DNA of 64,000 nucleotides from a bacterium (GTDB lineage Bacteria > Electryoneota > Electryoneia > Electryoneales > Electryoneaceae). Below the pieces are notes generated by a model. That model did not search any database, was not told where the DNA came from, and was given only the letters and a program-made list of their open reading frames with translations. Below, piece after piece: positions 26,934 to 37,063 of this stretch (position 1 is the stretch's first letter; the number at the start of each line of letters is the position of its first letter). The translations under genes were made by a program, and so were the position numbers. The DNA lies in NCBI GenBank assembly GCA_963669175.1, contig OY769902.1, forward strand, positions 2,432,001 through 2,496,000, in the 5' to 3' direction.

Positions 26934-28026
26934 AAACATAAATGAATACCTGCCAGATTCCGTAAGCTCACCCGGTGAGACCTTGTTGGAGGTTCTTGAG
27001 GAACGGGAGATGACGCAGGCAGAACTTTCCAGCCGTACAGGGCTTGCACGGAAAACGATCAACGAAATCATTAAGGGCAAGAATGCCCTTACCCCTGAAA
27101 CTGCTCTTCAGTTGGAACGCGTTTTCAATATATCAGCACGTTTCTGGAACAATCTTGAACAAAACTACCGTGAATATCTTGCTTACGCCAATGAACAGGC
27201 TGAACTGGCAAATTGCGTTGAATGGGTGAAGAAGTTTCCATTATCAGAGATGGTGCGGAAGAAGTACTTAGGCGTTTTACCGAAAGATCCAATTGTAAAA
27301 GTACGAACACTGCTTCAATTTTTCGGTGTGAGTAGTGTTGAACAATGGCGTGAAACCTACAGCAAACCACAATTTGCCTACAGAAGATCAAAGGCGTTTG
27401 AGGCTAAACCAGAACCTCTATCTGCCTGGTTGCGCATGGGTGAGATTGAATCCCAAAAGATGAATCTGAGAGCATTTGATAAGCAGCGTTTTGAAATTGC
27501 ATTGCTATCCATTCGTGATCTGACAAACGAGCCCCCTGCACGCTTTGTCACCCAGATCCAAAAGCTTTGCGCTGAGGCTGGAGTTGCGGTTGTATTTGTG
27601 CCGGAACTGAGGAACAGTACAGCCAGCGGCGCGACACGGTGGCTTTCGCCAAAACACGCATGCATCCAACTCAGCCTGCGTTATAAAACCAATGATCACC
27701 TGTGGTTTACCTTCTTCCACGAAGCGGCTCATATTCTGAAACATGGGAAAAAAGAAGTGTTCCTCGAAGTCGCTTCCGGATCTCCCGAAGGGGAAAAAGA
27801 GATGGAAGCGAACTCGTGGGCCGGAGATTTCCTAATTCCACGTGCCGCCTATAGCCAGTTTGCCAGTGCAGGGAAAAGGCGCTATACCAAAACCGAAATC
27901 AGGCATTTTGCGGCGTCTGTAGGAATCGCGCCTGGTATTGTCGTAGGACGGTTGCAGCATGACAAGTATCTTGATTTTAAGTACTGTAATGATTTGAAGG
28001 AAAAGTACAGGTGGGAGTATAGTTAG
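26923..28026 (+). CDS. HigA-type HTH antitoxin fused to ImmA/IrrE-like metallopeptidase
   Basis: SPGETL.E.LEEREMTQAEL..R.G...KTINEIIKGK..LTPETALQLE.VF...A.FW.NL; C-terminal WFTFFHEAAH (HExxH) and E.EAN.WA..FLIP. Confidence 0.88.
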   Translation: MVTENINEYLPDSVSSPGETLLEVLEEREMTQAELSSRTGLARKTINEIIKGKNALTPETALQLERVFNISARFWNNLEQNYREYLAYANEQAELANCVEWVKKFPLSEMVRKKYLGVLPKDPIVKVRTLLQFFGVSSVEQWRETYSKPQFAYRRSKAFEAKPEPLSAWLRMGEIESQKMNLRAFDKQRFEIALLSIRDLTNEPPARFVTQIQKLCAEAGVAVVFVPELRNSTASGATRWLSPKHACIQLSLRYKTNDHLWFTFFHEAAHILKHGKKEVFLEVASGSPEGEKEMEANSWAGDFLIPRAAYSQFASAGKRRYTKTEIRHFAASVGIAPGIVVGRLQHDKYLDFKYCNDLKEKYRWEYS

Positions 28027-28185
28027 ATTCCAATATGGGCAGAGTCTAAATGAGAAGATTCATATTCGGCAAGGTTCTTCAACAATGTCTGAAGCGCCCT
28101 TATAGGATGCTAAGAATTCCAAATATCTTGAAAAAATAGCAGTTTATTGCGATTCGGTTCGATAGAAAAACGATGCGAGGTTAAA

Positions 28186-28848
28186 ATGGATAGTTGGTGG
28201 CAACTTGGTGAATGGTCTGGCATTAGTGGAAACGAGCTAGCAGTCTATCAAATAACATGTCCATTTTGTATGGAAAGAGGTAGCTTTACAACCGTCTATC
28301 ATGGAGAAAAGAAAAAAACAAACTCTCAGAAGAAGCTGAACTTCGATACACTTAAATGCGAAAATTGTGCGGGTTATGTGTTAGTTCTTTGGTCGGCAAG
28401 CAGTTTTAGTGGCAGTCAAGGCATGCATGGATATAAGGTTCTACCATGGCCGTTGAAATATGAAAGTTTTCCAAATCATTGGCCTGAACCTGTAGGAAGA
28501 TACTGGCTTCAAGCAAAAAGCAACATTATTGAAGAAAACTGGGATGCTGCTACCCTTATGGCAAGAAGTGCAATGCAAATTGCGCTTAGAGAAAAAGGAG
28601 CAGAAGGTAAAAATCTGAAACAGGAAATTGAAAATCTCGCTAACAAAGGTGTTTTACCACCAACAATGAAAGAATGGTCAGATCATGTTCGTGAAATAGG
28701 TAATGAATCAGCACATCCTATGCCTGACGCGGAAGCAAAGGATCAAAAGGATGCACAAGATATTATAAAATTTCTTGATTTCTTACTTGAATATCTATAT
28801 GATTTACCATTTAAGATCGGAAAATATAGATCAAGACATGAAAAATAA
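28186..28848 (+). CDS. DUF4145 (HEPN-like) protein with N-terminal Zn-ribbon
   Basis: CPFC...CENC; A...M.RSA.Q..L, L...IE.L...G.L, R..GN.SAH; AT-rich. Confidence 0.75.
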   Translation: MDSWWQLGEWSGISGNELAVYQITCPFCMERGSFTTVYHGEKKKTNSQKKLNFDTLKCENCAGYVLVLWSASSFSGSQGMHGYKVLPWPLKYESFPNHWPEPVGRYWLQAKSNIIEENWDAATLMARSAMQIALREKGAEGKNLKQEIENLANKGVLPPTMKEWSDHVREIGNESAHPMPDAEAKDQKDAQDIIKFLDFLLEYLYDLPFKIGKYRSRHEK

Positions 28849-29063
28849 TGATATTGAAAAGTATATTCATTATTTTATTCATTATAATCATTTCGTGGAC
28901 GACTTTGAGATCGCAGAATTTGTATATCGTGTGGTAAAGTCTTAAAAAGAACAGAAAGGGATCTACTGGAAAATCTTCAATTTATTGAATCACACAGTTT
29001 ACAGCACTCTAACACTTGTCTATATTCCCCTTGACCAAGGGATAGCCGAGTGGGAGGGGGACC

Positions 29064-29300
29064 ATGCGATTTCCTCGAATTGTACTGCTGTCATTGTGTG
29101 CCGCACTGTTTGTTGTGTCCTGTTCGGAAAATGATGAAGATGAAGCTGAGGATCTGGCGCCTGACGTGGGTGTGATCAGTCAGATCCAGACGGCCTCGTT
29201 TGCCATGGATGCCTGCGCACGTGGAACAGAGCTGTATGTCGCAGAAAACAGCGACTGGGTGAACGTGTATGATATCAGCGATCCTGCCAATCCTTTCTAA
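29064..29300 (+). pseudogene. Truncated lipoprotein with a single LVIVD-type repeat
   Basis: Lipobox (FVVSC), GGAGG RBS, LYVA....V.VYDISDPANP then a stop; LVIVD proteins normally carry several repeats. Confidence 0.55.
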
Positions 29301-29437
29301 CTTCAGACTCAAGTCACACCGCACTTAAAGGGGAGGAATGCTCATCCCTTATCCCCCTTCGCTTTTTCCGAAAAAACATCGTATACTAGTATGCTCTGGC
29401 AGTATCGTTAGCAAAGACAGGAAATGGAGTACGAGTA

Positions 29438-29905
29438 GTGCCGGCAACAACACCAGAAATCAGGAACCGCAAGGCGTACCACGATTACTCGATCGTGGAA
29501 AAGCTCGAGGCAGGGATCTCGCTGCGGGGTACCGAAGTGAAATCAGTCCGTGAGGGCAAGGTTTCGCTACGGGACAGTTATGTCATTTTCGAAAAAGGTG
29601 AGGCCATGCTGGTCGGCATGTCTATATCCGCGTATATCAACCGTGGTTATGCCGATCATCATATTCACCGTCCACGGAAGCTTCTGCTCAAAAGACGCGA
29701 GCTGAAACGGCTGGAACGGCTGAAGCTGGAAAAGGGTATGACCATTATCCCGTTACGGATGTATTTCAATTCTCGTGGGTATGCGAAGGTTGAGATTGCC
29801 CTTGCGACAGGGAAGCGGATGTACGACAAACGCCAGACGATTGCCCAGAAAGATGCCAAGCGCGAATTACAGCGTGCCATGAAGGAGACAAACCGGTGGA
29901 AATAA
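29438..29905 (+). CDS. smpB: SsrA-binding protein
   Basis: NRKAYHDY, EAGISLRGTEVKSVR, RKLLL, GKRMYDKR. Confidence 0.97.
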   Translation: MPATTPEIRNRKAYHDYSIVEKLEAGISLRGTEVKSVREGKVSLRDSYVIFEKGEAMLVGMSISAYINRGYADHHIHRPRKLLLKRRELKRLERLKLEKGMTIIPLRMYFNSRGYAKVEIALATGKRMYDKRQTIAQKDAKRELQRAMKETNRWK

Positions 29906-30939
29906 TCCGCACGGATGAAGGGGGCCAGATCGAACCACGGGTTCGTTTGAACGAGATCCGCAACCTCGTCGCGAAGGATATGCGTGCCTATCGGAAGCAT
30001 TACCGGCACAGTTTCCGTTCCGGAGTGTTGATCATCGATGAGATCGCGGCGTACCTGCTTGCTTCACGCGGTAAGGGCATGCGTCCCATGCTGACCCTGC
30101 TATGCGCACGTGCCTGCGGTGCGCCGGAAGAACTGCCGGACAAGACACTGACCGCCGCAATGGTGGTCGAAATGCTGCATACCGCGTCCCTGGTCCACGA
30201 TGATGTGGTGGACAGTGCGGATGAACGTCGCGGCAGAAGAACGCTGAATGTCGTATATAACAATAAGGTTGCTGTTCTGTTCGGCGATTTCATGCTGTCA
30301 CGCTCGCTGGCGGGCATGTTCGAACAACGCCGGATGGAAGTGCTGGATCTGTTCAGCGATTGCGCTTTCCGCCTGGCCAAGGGTGAACTGGTTGAGGCGA
30401 TGCGAACCCGCAACCTGGATATTGACAAGCAGACCTATTTCGAGATGGTGTCGGACAAAACGGCTTCGCTGATCAGCGCGGCCTGTCAAATGGCGCCGCT
30501 ATCACTAGGTTTGAGCGATGATTTCCGGGAACCGTTACGTCGCTATGGCGAACTGCTAGGCGTCGCGTTCCAGATTCGAGATGACCTCATTGATCTTGGC
30601 GAGGGCGGCCCGAAAGTCGGCAAACCGCTGGGGCTGGATCTGAGCCAGGCAAAAATCACTCTTCCCCTGATTCATACACTGGAACAGCTTTCCAAGGCAG
30701 AACGCAAGCGTGTGCTGATGAAACTGAAGCGCGCGAAAAAACTTGGTAAGCAGGGTAAAGTTGTTGACTTGATGGATGTAATTGAGTTGATTCGTCAGAA
30801 GAATGGGATCGAGTATTCGCAGAATGTGGCGTTGGATTATGCACGTAAGGCAGGTGAGGCGCTGGCGCCTTTACCCAACAACAAGTACGTGGAAGGTTTG
30901 ATTCGGCTGGCGAGATATGTTGCGGAGCGAAAACGATGA
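29896..30939 (+). CDS. Polyprenyl diphosphate synthase (IspB/HepT-like)
   Basis: GKGMRP, EMLHTASLVHDDVVD...RRG, KTASL, AFQIRDD. Confidence 0.93.
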   Translation: MEIIRTDEGGQIEPRVRLNEIRNLVAKDMRAYRKHYRHSFRSGVLIIDEIAAYLLASRGKGMRPMLTLLCARACGAPEELPDKTLTAAMVVEMLHTASLVHDDVVDSADERRGRRTLNVVYNNKVAVLFGDFMLSRSLAGMFEQRRMEVLDLFSDCAFRLAKGELVEAMRTRNLDIDKQTYFEMVSDKTASLISAACQMAPLSLGLSDDFREPLRRYGELLGVAFQIRDDLIDLGEGGPKVGKPLGLDLSQAKITLPLIHTLEQLSKAERKRVLMKLKRAKKLGKQGKVVDLMDVIELIRQKNGIEYSQNVALDYARKAGEALAPLPNNKYVEGLIRLARYVAERKR

Positions 30940-31958
30940 AGAAACTACTCCTGGTCTCGATGGTAGTGGCGCTGGCGTTTACGCTGAGCGGGTGTGATCT
31001 TGGATTCCTGCCTGCCAGCCAGACACGGACTGCCATGGGCACACAGGTTACCATTACGGCTTACGAAAAATCGCCCACGCTATCGTTCAAATTTATCGAT
31101 GCGGTGATTGATTCGGCTTTTCAGGAGATTTTCCGGATCGAGAAGCTGACACGTTACGAGCAGCTCTATGACCTGAACAGCGCCGCCGGATATGAGGAAA
31201 ATGTCGTCACCGGTAAAGAGTTAAACAAGTTGATCATCCGGGCTTACGGTCTGAACGAAGCAAGTGAAGGACGCTATTGCCCTTACCTGGAACCAGCAAT
31301 CCGTTTGTGGGGATTTGATTCGGATCGCGCGGTAAAACGTGTTCCTGAATTATGGGAAGTTGACAGTGTCCTGGCAATTATGGACAGCACCTATTTCACC
31401 CAAGTGAATGATACACTGGCACGTCTCACCCCACAGGGCGCGGGATTGGATTTGTCCGGTTTTGCAAAGGGATACGCGGTAGACCGGGCTTGTTACGTGC
31501 TGCAATCGCTGGGTATCACAGCGGGAATCGTGGAAGCCGGTGGTGATTTGCGCTGTTTCGGCACCAAACCGAATGGCAAACCCTGGCAGATCGGAGTGCG
31601 TCATCCTCGTAATCTTGACAGCCTGTTTACCACGATAGAGCTGGACAGTGGCGCGGTAGCCACTTCAGGCGATTACGAGAATTATTTCGAGGTGGATGGA
31701 CGATACTATCATCATTTGCTTGACCCGATAACCGGTCAACCTTCGTATCGTTCCGCGTCAGCTACTGTGGTAGCGGCATCATGCGCCGACGCGGATGCCT
31801 GGGCAACAGCCTTCTTTGTACTCGGCCCTGAGAATGGGGTTACCATGGCGCAAAGATACAATCTGGATGCACTTATAATACGAGATATCGGTGGTGATAT
31901 TACTTCGAACGAGACCAGGGGTATGAAGCGGATGCGTTTGGATGAAGACGAGGAATAG
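30936..31958 (+). CDS. apbE: FAD:protein FMN transferase, lipoprotein
   Basis: Lipobox LSGC; AMGT, DLSGFAKGYAVD, VATSGDYE, YHHLLDP.TG, ADAWATA. Confidence 0.93.
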   Translation: MKKLLLVSMVVALAFTLSGCDLGFLPASQTRTAMGTQVTITAYEKSPTLSFKFIDAVIDSAFQEIFRIEKLTRYEQLYDLNSAAGYEENVVTGKELNKLIIRAYGLNEASEGRYCPYLEPAIRLWGFDSDRAVKRVPELWEVDSVLAIMDSTYFTQVNDTLARLTPQGAGLDLSGFAKGYAVDRACYVLQSLGITAGIVEAGGDLRCFGTKPNGKPWQIGVRHPRNLDSLFTTIELDSGAVATSGDYENYFEVDGRYYHHLLDPITGQPSYRSASATVVAASCADADAWATAFFVLGPENGVTMAQRYNLDALIIRDIGGDITSNETRGMKRMRLDEDEE

Positions 31959-31961
31959 CGT

Positions 31962-32957
31962 ATGCGCATTGGTATAGTTCGGTTGAGTTCACTGGGGGAC
32001 ATTGTTTTAACCGGCCCGGCAGTACGTGGCCTGCGACATCGTTTCCCTGATGCTGAGCTGGTTTATATCACAACCAAACCGTTTGAACCACTGGCGAAGA
32101 TGTTACCCGGCGTTGACCGGGTGGAAGCAATAGAACGGCGTGGGCAGGGATTTGAGGAAGGTGTTACAAGGTTAGCCGCCTACGACTGGGATCGTATTGC
32201 TGACTTGCAGGGGTCGGACCGTGGGCAGCGTATCCGGGCTGCCTGCAAACCGTTTGAAGCAGTCATTGACAAACCGCCACGTTTTCGTCGCAGTATCCTC
32301 ATTGCGACCAAAATTCCCCTGGGAAGATTCTGGCCGGTGCCGATGCGGCAGATTCGGGTGATGTCACCCTGGGGAGTTCAAGATGACACCCTTGGACTGG
32401 AACTGAATTCAGACCCGGATGTACAGGCGGCATTGGTTGAGAAGTACCCTTTCCTCGAGCAGAAGCCTTTCGTTATAGCCCCGGGGGCCGCGCACCCAAC
32501 CAAACGCTGGCGTAGAAAACACTGGGTTGCTGCTACACGCGCCCTGTTGGAACGTGGTCCGGTAGTCGTTATCGGGGGAGGAGATGCGACTCCTGATGAG
32601 CTGAAGGAAGTGGCTGCCGGCGCGAAGAACATGTATCTCCTTGACGGAAGAACCACAATCCCCGAGACCTACGAACTGCTGAGGCTTTCTCGTGGTGTCC
32701 TGGCAGTGGATACGGGGCCGATGCATATGGCGGTCGCGGCGGGAACGCCACTGGTTGCGATGTATGGACCCACGGTAAAAGAATTCGGATTCTTCCCGTT
32801 CCGGGCGAAACGGACAGTTGTCATTCAAAAGCGCATGTGGTGCCGTCCCTGTACGGCACATGGCGGGAAATCCTGTCCGCTGCTGCATCACAGGTGCATG
32901 CGCACGATTGAACCGGCCCATGTTATCGAAGCGATGGACCGTGTGATTGGATCATAG
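31962..32957 (+). CDS. Glycosyltransferase family 9 (LPS heptosyltransferase-like)
   Basis: RLSSLGDIVL..P, PGA..PTKRW, DTGPMHMA.A.GTP. Confidence 0.9.
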   Translation: MRIGIVRLSSLGDIVLTGPAVRGLRHRFPDAELVYITTKPFEPLAKMLPGVDRVEAIERRGQGFEEGVTRLAAYDWDRIADLQGSDRGQRIRAACKPFEAVIDKPPRFRRSILIATKIPLGRFWPVPMRQIRVMSPWGVQDDTLGLELNSDPDVQAALVEKYPFLEQKPFVIAPGAAHPTKRWRRKHWVAATRALLERGPVVVIGGGDATPDELKEVAAGAKNMYLLDGRTTIPETYELLRLSRGVLAVDTGPMHMAVAAGTPLVAMYGPTVKEFGFFPFRAKRTVVIQKRMWCRPCTAHGGKSCPLLHHRCMRTIEPAHVIEAMDRVIGS

Positions 32958-32959
32958 TC

Positions 32960-34240
32960 ATGTGGCGTTTTTTATACAATACTGCAGGTGTACATACAGC
33001 AGGGTTTGCACTACGGCTGGCATCTCTGTGGAAACCGAAAATCCGTGAGGGGATTGAAGATCGTCACGGTGAGAAAAAACGGCTCAGCAAAATCCGATCT
33101 CAATGCAGACCGGATAAACACAGGGTGCTGGTTCACTGTTCCTCGGCCGGGGAACTGGAAAGCGCTATTCCGCTGATGCAGGCATTAACAGCGGCGTCCG
33201 ATCCTGATATCATTCTCAGCATCTTTTCGCCCTCTGCCAAGAGTCGAGCCGTCTCTGTAAAAGGAGTTGCCGGTAAGCTTTACCTGCCTTTCGACACGTC
33301 CTTCAGGATGAACAGGATGCTGAACATCCTAGAACCCACCCTGGTGGTTATCGTCAAACATGATGTATGGCCGAATCTGGTCTGGCTCTGTCGCGAACGT
33401 GGTATTAAAACAGCGTTGGTCAATGGCAATTTTCGCCCTGATTCCAGCCGTCTATGCCCGGTGCTGAAAAACGCAAGCCGTGCAGTATTCCGTGATCTGG
33501 ATGCGATTTATGCCGTGGCTGAAGATGACGCCGAACGCTTTCGCAGGGTATCCGGTGAAGGACCAATGATTGAAGTCGCCGGGGATACACGCTTTGACCG
33601 GGTTCAGCAGCGTGCGCTTGAGAGTCGCGATGATCAGGGCAAGCTGGCTGAGATGCTGAAGGGACGCAAGGTGGCGATGGCCGGAAGCTCATGGCCGGAA
33701 GGGGAGCAAAGAATCCTGGAAGCCTGGGCCGGATTACATGCGGATCACCCGGATGCCGTACTGATCCTGGTGCCCCATGAACCCAGACCTGAACGTATCA
33801 GTCAGATCACAACAGATGTGACTGGCAAGGGACTGCAATGCGCTACCCTGACCGAAGCTGAGCAGAGTGTTTCCATTCCGCACGTTTTGATCGTAGACCG
33901 TGTGGGCGTTCTGGCCGGTCTCTACGGCCTTGCTGATATTGCCTATGTGGGCGGTGGATTCGGCGATGGAGTCCATTCAGTGATCGAACCTGCCGTATTC
34001 GGGATTCCCGTTCTGTTCGGACCGAAACACCTGATGAGCCATGAAGCACGTGACCTCCTGGATAAGGGAGCTGCTGTGGTCATTCGCACGGCTGCGGATA
34101 TCGAGCATGTTTTCCGGGATGCGCTTTCAGCAGGGATTGACAGCCGGTTGCGTGGTGAGGCGGCTCGGGCGTATGTGGATGAGAAGGCGGGAGTATCCGG
34201 TCCGCTGGCGGCAAAGCTGACAAAGCTTGCAGGCTTGTGA
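32960..34240 (+). CDS. waaA: 3-deoxy-D-manno-octulosonic acid (Kdo) transferase
   Basis: HCSSAGE, YLPFD, WPNL, GDTRFD, AGSSW, VPHE, YVGGGF...HSVIEPA..G.PV.FGP. Confidence 0.9.
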   Translation: MWRFLYNTAGVHTAGFALRLASLWKPKIREGIEDRHGEKKRLSKIRSQCRPDKHRVLVHCSSAGELESAIPLMQALTAASDPDIILSIFSPSAKSRAVSVKGVAGKLYLPFDTSFRMNRMLNILEPTLVVIVKHDVWPNLVWLCRERGIKTALVNGNFRPDSSRLCPVLKNASRAVFRDLDAIYAVAEDDAERFRRVSGEGPMIEVAGDTRFDRVQQRALESRDDQGKLAEMLKGRKVAMAGSSWPEGEQRILEAWAGLHADHPDAVLILVPHEPRPERISQITTDVTGKGLQCATLTEAEQSVSIPHVLIVDRVGVLAGLYGLADIAYVGGGFGDGVHSVIEPAVFGIPVLFGPKHLMSHEARDLLDKGAAVVIRTAADIEHVFRDALSAGIDSRLRGEAARAYVDEKAGVSGPLAAKLTKLAGL

Positions 34241-34241
34241 T

Positions 34242-35699
34242 ATGCTTTCCGCGAGGAAGCTTGGCTATCGTTATCCTGAATCCCGCGACCAGGCGCTCGC
34301 AGGTATTGATCTCGACCTGAAAGCAGGTGACAGGATACTACTCCAGGGAAGAAACGGAAGCGGTAAAACGACACTGCTCCGTATTCTGAGCGGTTTGATT
34401 GATCCCACCGACGGTACGTTATCCTTCCAATACTCCGATGATCAACCGGCAGTGGGATTTGTGCCCCAGAATCCTGAAGCCTGGATGCTGGCCTCAACAG
34501 TGGAAGAAGAGATTGCCTTTGCGCTTGAAAACCAGGGACTGCTCTCTGCCATGATTGCGGAACGTGTGGAGATAGCCCTCGAAGCGGTAGGTATACAACA
34601 TCTGCGGAAGCGGAATCCAGCGCATTTATCCGGCGGAGAGATGCAACGGACGCTGATTGCCTGCCTCCATGCGCTACAGCCCTCGGTCTGGTTGCTGGAT
34701 GAGCCAACCGCCTTTCTTGATCCTTATGCAAAACAGCAGGTTATGGAGCTGTTGACTGGTATTCCCCGTGAGGCGGCAGTCGTAATGGCGGCCTCTTCAT
34801 CGGATCAACTGCCCGGTCAGACCGAGTGCTACGGGATAGTGAACGGTTGCCTGGAGCGCAGTAGTGAGATAGATGTATTTGAGAAATCACCTCTCGAAGA
34901 GGCTCCCCCCGAGTCAATTTCAGGCATAGCCGGTATGAAAGCTTTATATTCCGGGCTGTTTGAAACGCAAGTCCGTATGCAGGCGGAAGTTTCGCATGCT
35001 ACCGCATTACGTAAAGAGTTGTTCGGTGAATCACGCAAAGTTATTGATCAATTGGACCTTACCCTGGAGGGGGGAGAGATCACTGCGCTGCTGGGAAGAA
35101 GTGGCGCCGGGAAGTCTACTCTCCTGGAGACACTTGCAGGGACACTGAAACCGGAGTCCGGAAAGGTTGCCTGGAACGGGAATACGCCAGGTACCATGCG
35201 AGGTAAGCTGGGTTTTGCTTTCCAGTTTCCGGAACGGACATTTTTTTCGGAAACCGTGCTTGAAGAGGTGGCATGGGGGCCAATAAACCTTGGTTTAAGC
35301 AAGCCAGATGCGTATAATCAGGCGCGGAAGGCTCTTCGTGTTGTGGGACTCGATCCCGACGTATTTGAATCACGGAGTCCATTCGCTTTAAGTCGCGGTG
35401 AAGCACGCCGTGTCGCGCTGGCGGCGGTGTGGTCATTGCGTCCCGTTGCATGGCTTGTCGATGAACCGACTTCCGGGCTGGACCCGGAAGGCTGTGTACA
35501 GATAGGTGCGATGCTCAGGGCCGAAGCAGACCGTGGGTGTGTTGTGCTTATTGCGGGTCATGATACAGAACATTTAGCGGTCTGGGCGGACCGTTTACTG
35601 CTGCTGGATAACGGTAGAGTGACGGCAGACGGTACATCGCAATCGTGGTGGGGTGATCAGGGTAATGATCCCTGGCCCAGGCCCGGAACGTGCAAATAG
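34242..35699 (+). CDS. Duplicated ECF-type ABC ATPase (EcfA1-EcfA2 fusion-like)
   Basis: Two Walker A motifs (GRNGSGKT, GRSGAGKS); QNPE...TVEEEIAF.LEN and FQFPE..FF.ETV.EEV..GP.N Q-helix motifs. Confidence 0.82.
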   Translation: MLSARKLGYRYPESRDQALAGIDLDLKAGDRILLQGRNGSGKTTLLRILSGLIDPTDGTLSFQYSDDQPAVGFVPQNPEAWMLASTVEEEIAFALENQGLLSAMIAERVEIALEAVGIQHLRKRNPAHLSGGEMQRTLIACLHALQPSVWLLDEPTAFLDPYAKQQVMELLTGIPREAAVVMAASSSDQLPGQTECYGIVNGCLERSSEIDVFEKSPLEEAPPESISGIAGMKALYSGLFETQVRMQAEVSHATALRKELFGESRKVIDQLDLTLEGGEITALLGRSGAGKSTLLETLAGTLKPESGKVAWNGNTPGTMRGKLGFAFQFPERTFFSETVLEEVAWGPINLGLSKPDAYNQARKALRVVGLDPDVFESRSPFALSRGEARRVALAAVWSLRPVAWLVDEPTSGLDPEGCVQIGAMLRAEADRGCVVLIAGHDTEHLAVWADRLLLLDNGRVTADGTSQSWWGDQGNDPWPRPGTCK

Positions 35700-35755
35700 A
35701 CTGGCATTCAGAACGATCCAACCACCCGATGGGTGAGAACATTTGGGGTAGTAGC

Positions 35756-36961
35756 ATGAAAATTCTGGTCTTGAACAGCGGAAGCTCATCGATCAAGTAT
35801 CAGTTGATCGATACCGATGCCGATCCTCAGCTTCGTGCCAAAGGGCTTGTTGAGCGAATCGGGATGCGCGGCGCTATTTTGAACCATAACCGCGCCGATG
35901 GCGACAAGGTGAAGATTGCCGGTGAAATCGTTGATCACCAGGCTGCCATTGAATACATCGTAGCGATTCTGTTGTCCAAGAATCATGGTGTATTAACGGA
36001 TCGTGGTGAAATCGACGCAGTCGGACACCGTGTTGTCCACGGTGGTGAAGCATTCACCGGCAGTGTCAAGGTTACCCCGGAAGTCATGGAAGGGTTGCAG
36101 GAGTGCATTGACTTGGCGCCGCTGCATAACCCCGCCAATATCAAAGGTATCACCGCCTGCCAGCGTCTGCTGAAGGACGTGCCCATGGTGGGTGTGTTTG
36201 ATACGGCTTTCCATCACAAGATTCCGGATTACGCGTATATCTACGGTATTCCTTATCTGCTGTACAAGCGTCATGGCGTTCGCCGTTATGGTTTCCATGG
36301 CACCAGCCACTATTACGTGTCACAGCGTGCGGCTGAAATGACTGGAAAGCCGCTTGAAGAATTGAAGATGATCACCACGCACCTGGGCAACGGTTGCAGC
36401 ATGGCGGCAGTGGATGGTGGTATTTCCGTCGATACGACAATGGGCTTCACGCCGTTGGAAGGTTTGCTGATGGGAACACGTTCCGGTGATATCGATGCCG
36501 GCGCCGTGTTGCACATCATGGGACGAGAAGAGTTGTCGCTGGGCGAGATCAACACCCTGCTGAACAAGCATTCCGGACTCATCGGAATCTCCGGCGCCTC
36601 CAGCGATATGCGTGAGATCGTGGAAGAGATGAAGGGTGGCAATGATCGCGCACGTCTCGCTTTTCAGGTATTCGCGTACCGTGTTCGCAAGTACATCGGT
36701 TCCTATGCGGCAGCGATGGGCGGTCTGAATACAATCGTCTTCACCGGCGGTATTGGCGAGAATTCAACCGATATCCGCAAAGAGACTTTGAAGAACCTGG
36801 AGTTCCTCGGTGTGGAGCTGGATGAGAATGCGAACGAGTCCGGCAAGGGCGAGCGCAAGATCAGCAAGGATTCCTCGCCAGTCGATGTTTTTGTAATCCC
36901 GACCAACGAAGAGTTGGTGATTGCGCTTGAAACAAAGCGCATTGTTGAAGAGGGTGAATAG
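35756..36961 (+). CDS. ackA: Acetate kinase
   Basis: MKILVLNSGSSSIKY, GHRVVHGG, LAPLHNP, RRYGFHGTSH, HLGNG, FTGGIGEN, PTNEE. Confidence 0.97.
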   Translation: MKILVLNSGSSSIKYQLIDTDADPQLRAKGLVERIGMRGAILNHNRADGDKVKIAGEIVDHQAAIEYIVAILLSKNHGVLTDRGEIDAVGHRVVHGGEAFTGSVKVTPEVMEGLQECIDLAPLHNPANIKGITACQRLLKDVPMVGVFDTAFHHKIPDYAYIYGIPYLLYKRHGVRRYGFHGTSHYYVSQRAAEMTGKPLEELKMITTHLGNGCSMAAVDGGISVDTTMGFTPLEGLLMGTRSGDIDAGAVLHIMGREELSLGEINTLLNKHSGLIGISGASSDMREIVEEMKGGNDRARLAFQVFAYRVRKYIGSYAAAMGGLNTIVFTGGIGENSTDIRKETLKNLEFLGVELDENANESGKGERKISKDSSPVDVFVIPTNEELVIALETKRIVEEGE

Positions 36962-37025
36962 CGCTCGCGGATTTAATCCCAGTTATAAGGGGGATTTATT
37001 CGGGGGAGCTAAAAAGGATTGGGCC

Positions 37026-37054
37026 TTGAAGCCCAAGAAATAGGTTTCTATATT
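37026..37054 (+). promoter_or_regulatory. Sigma70-type promoter of the yceD-rpmF-fab operon (possibly leaderless)
   Basis: TTGAAG-N17-TATATT ending 9 bp before ATG 37064; no RBS. Confidence 0.55.
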
Positions 37055-37063
37055 CTTGTTTCT

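Noticed and set aside
28850-29437. tmRNA (ssrA) or integrase attachment site next to smpB
   Set aside because: No GGGG...TCCACCA tRNA-like ends, direct repeats or integrase gene seen.
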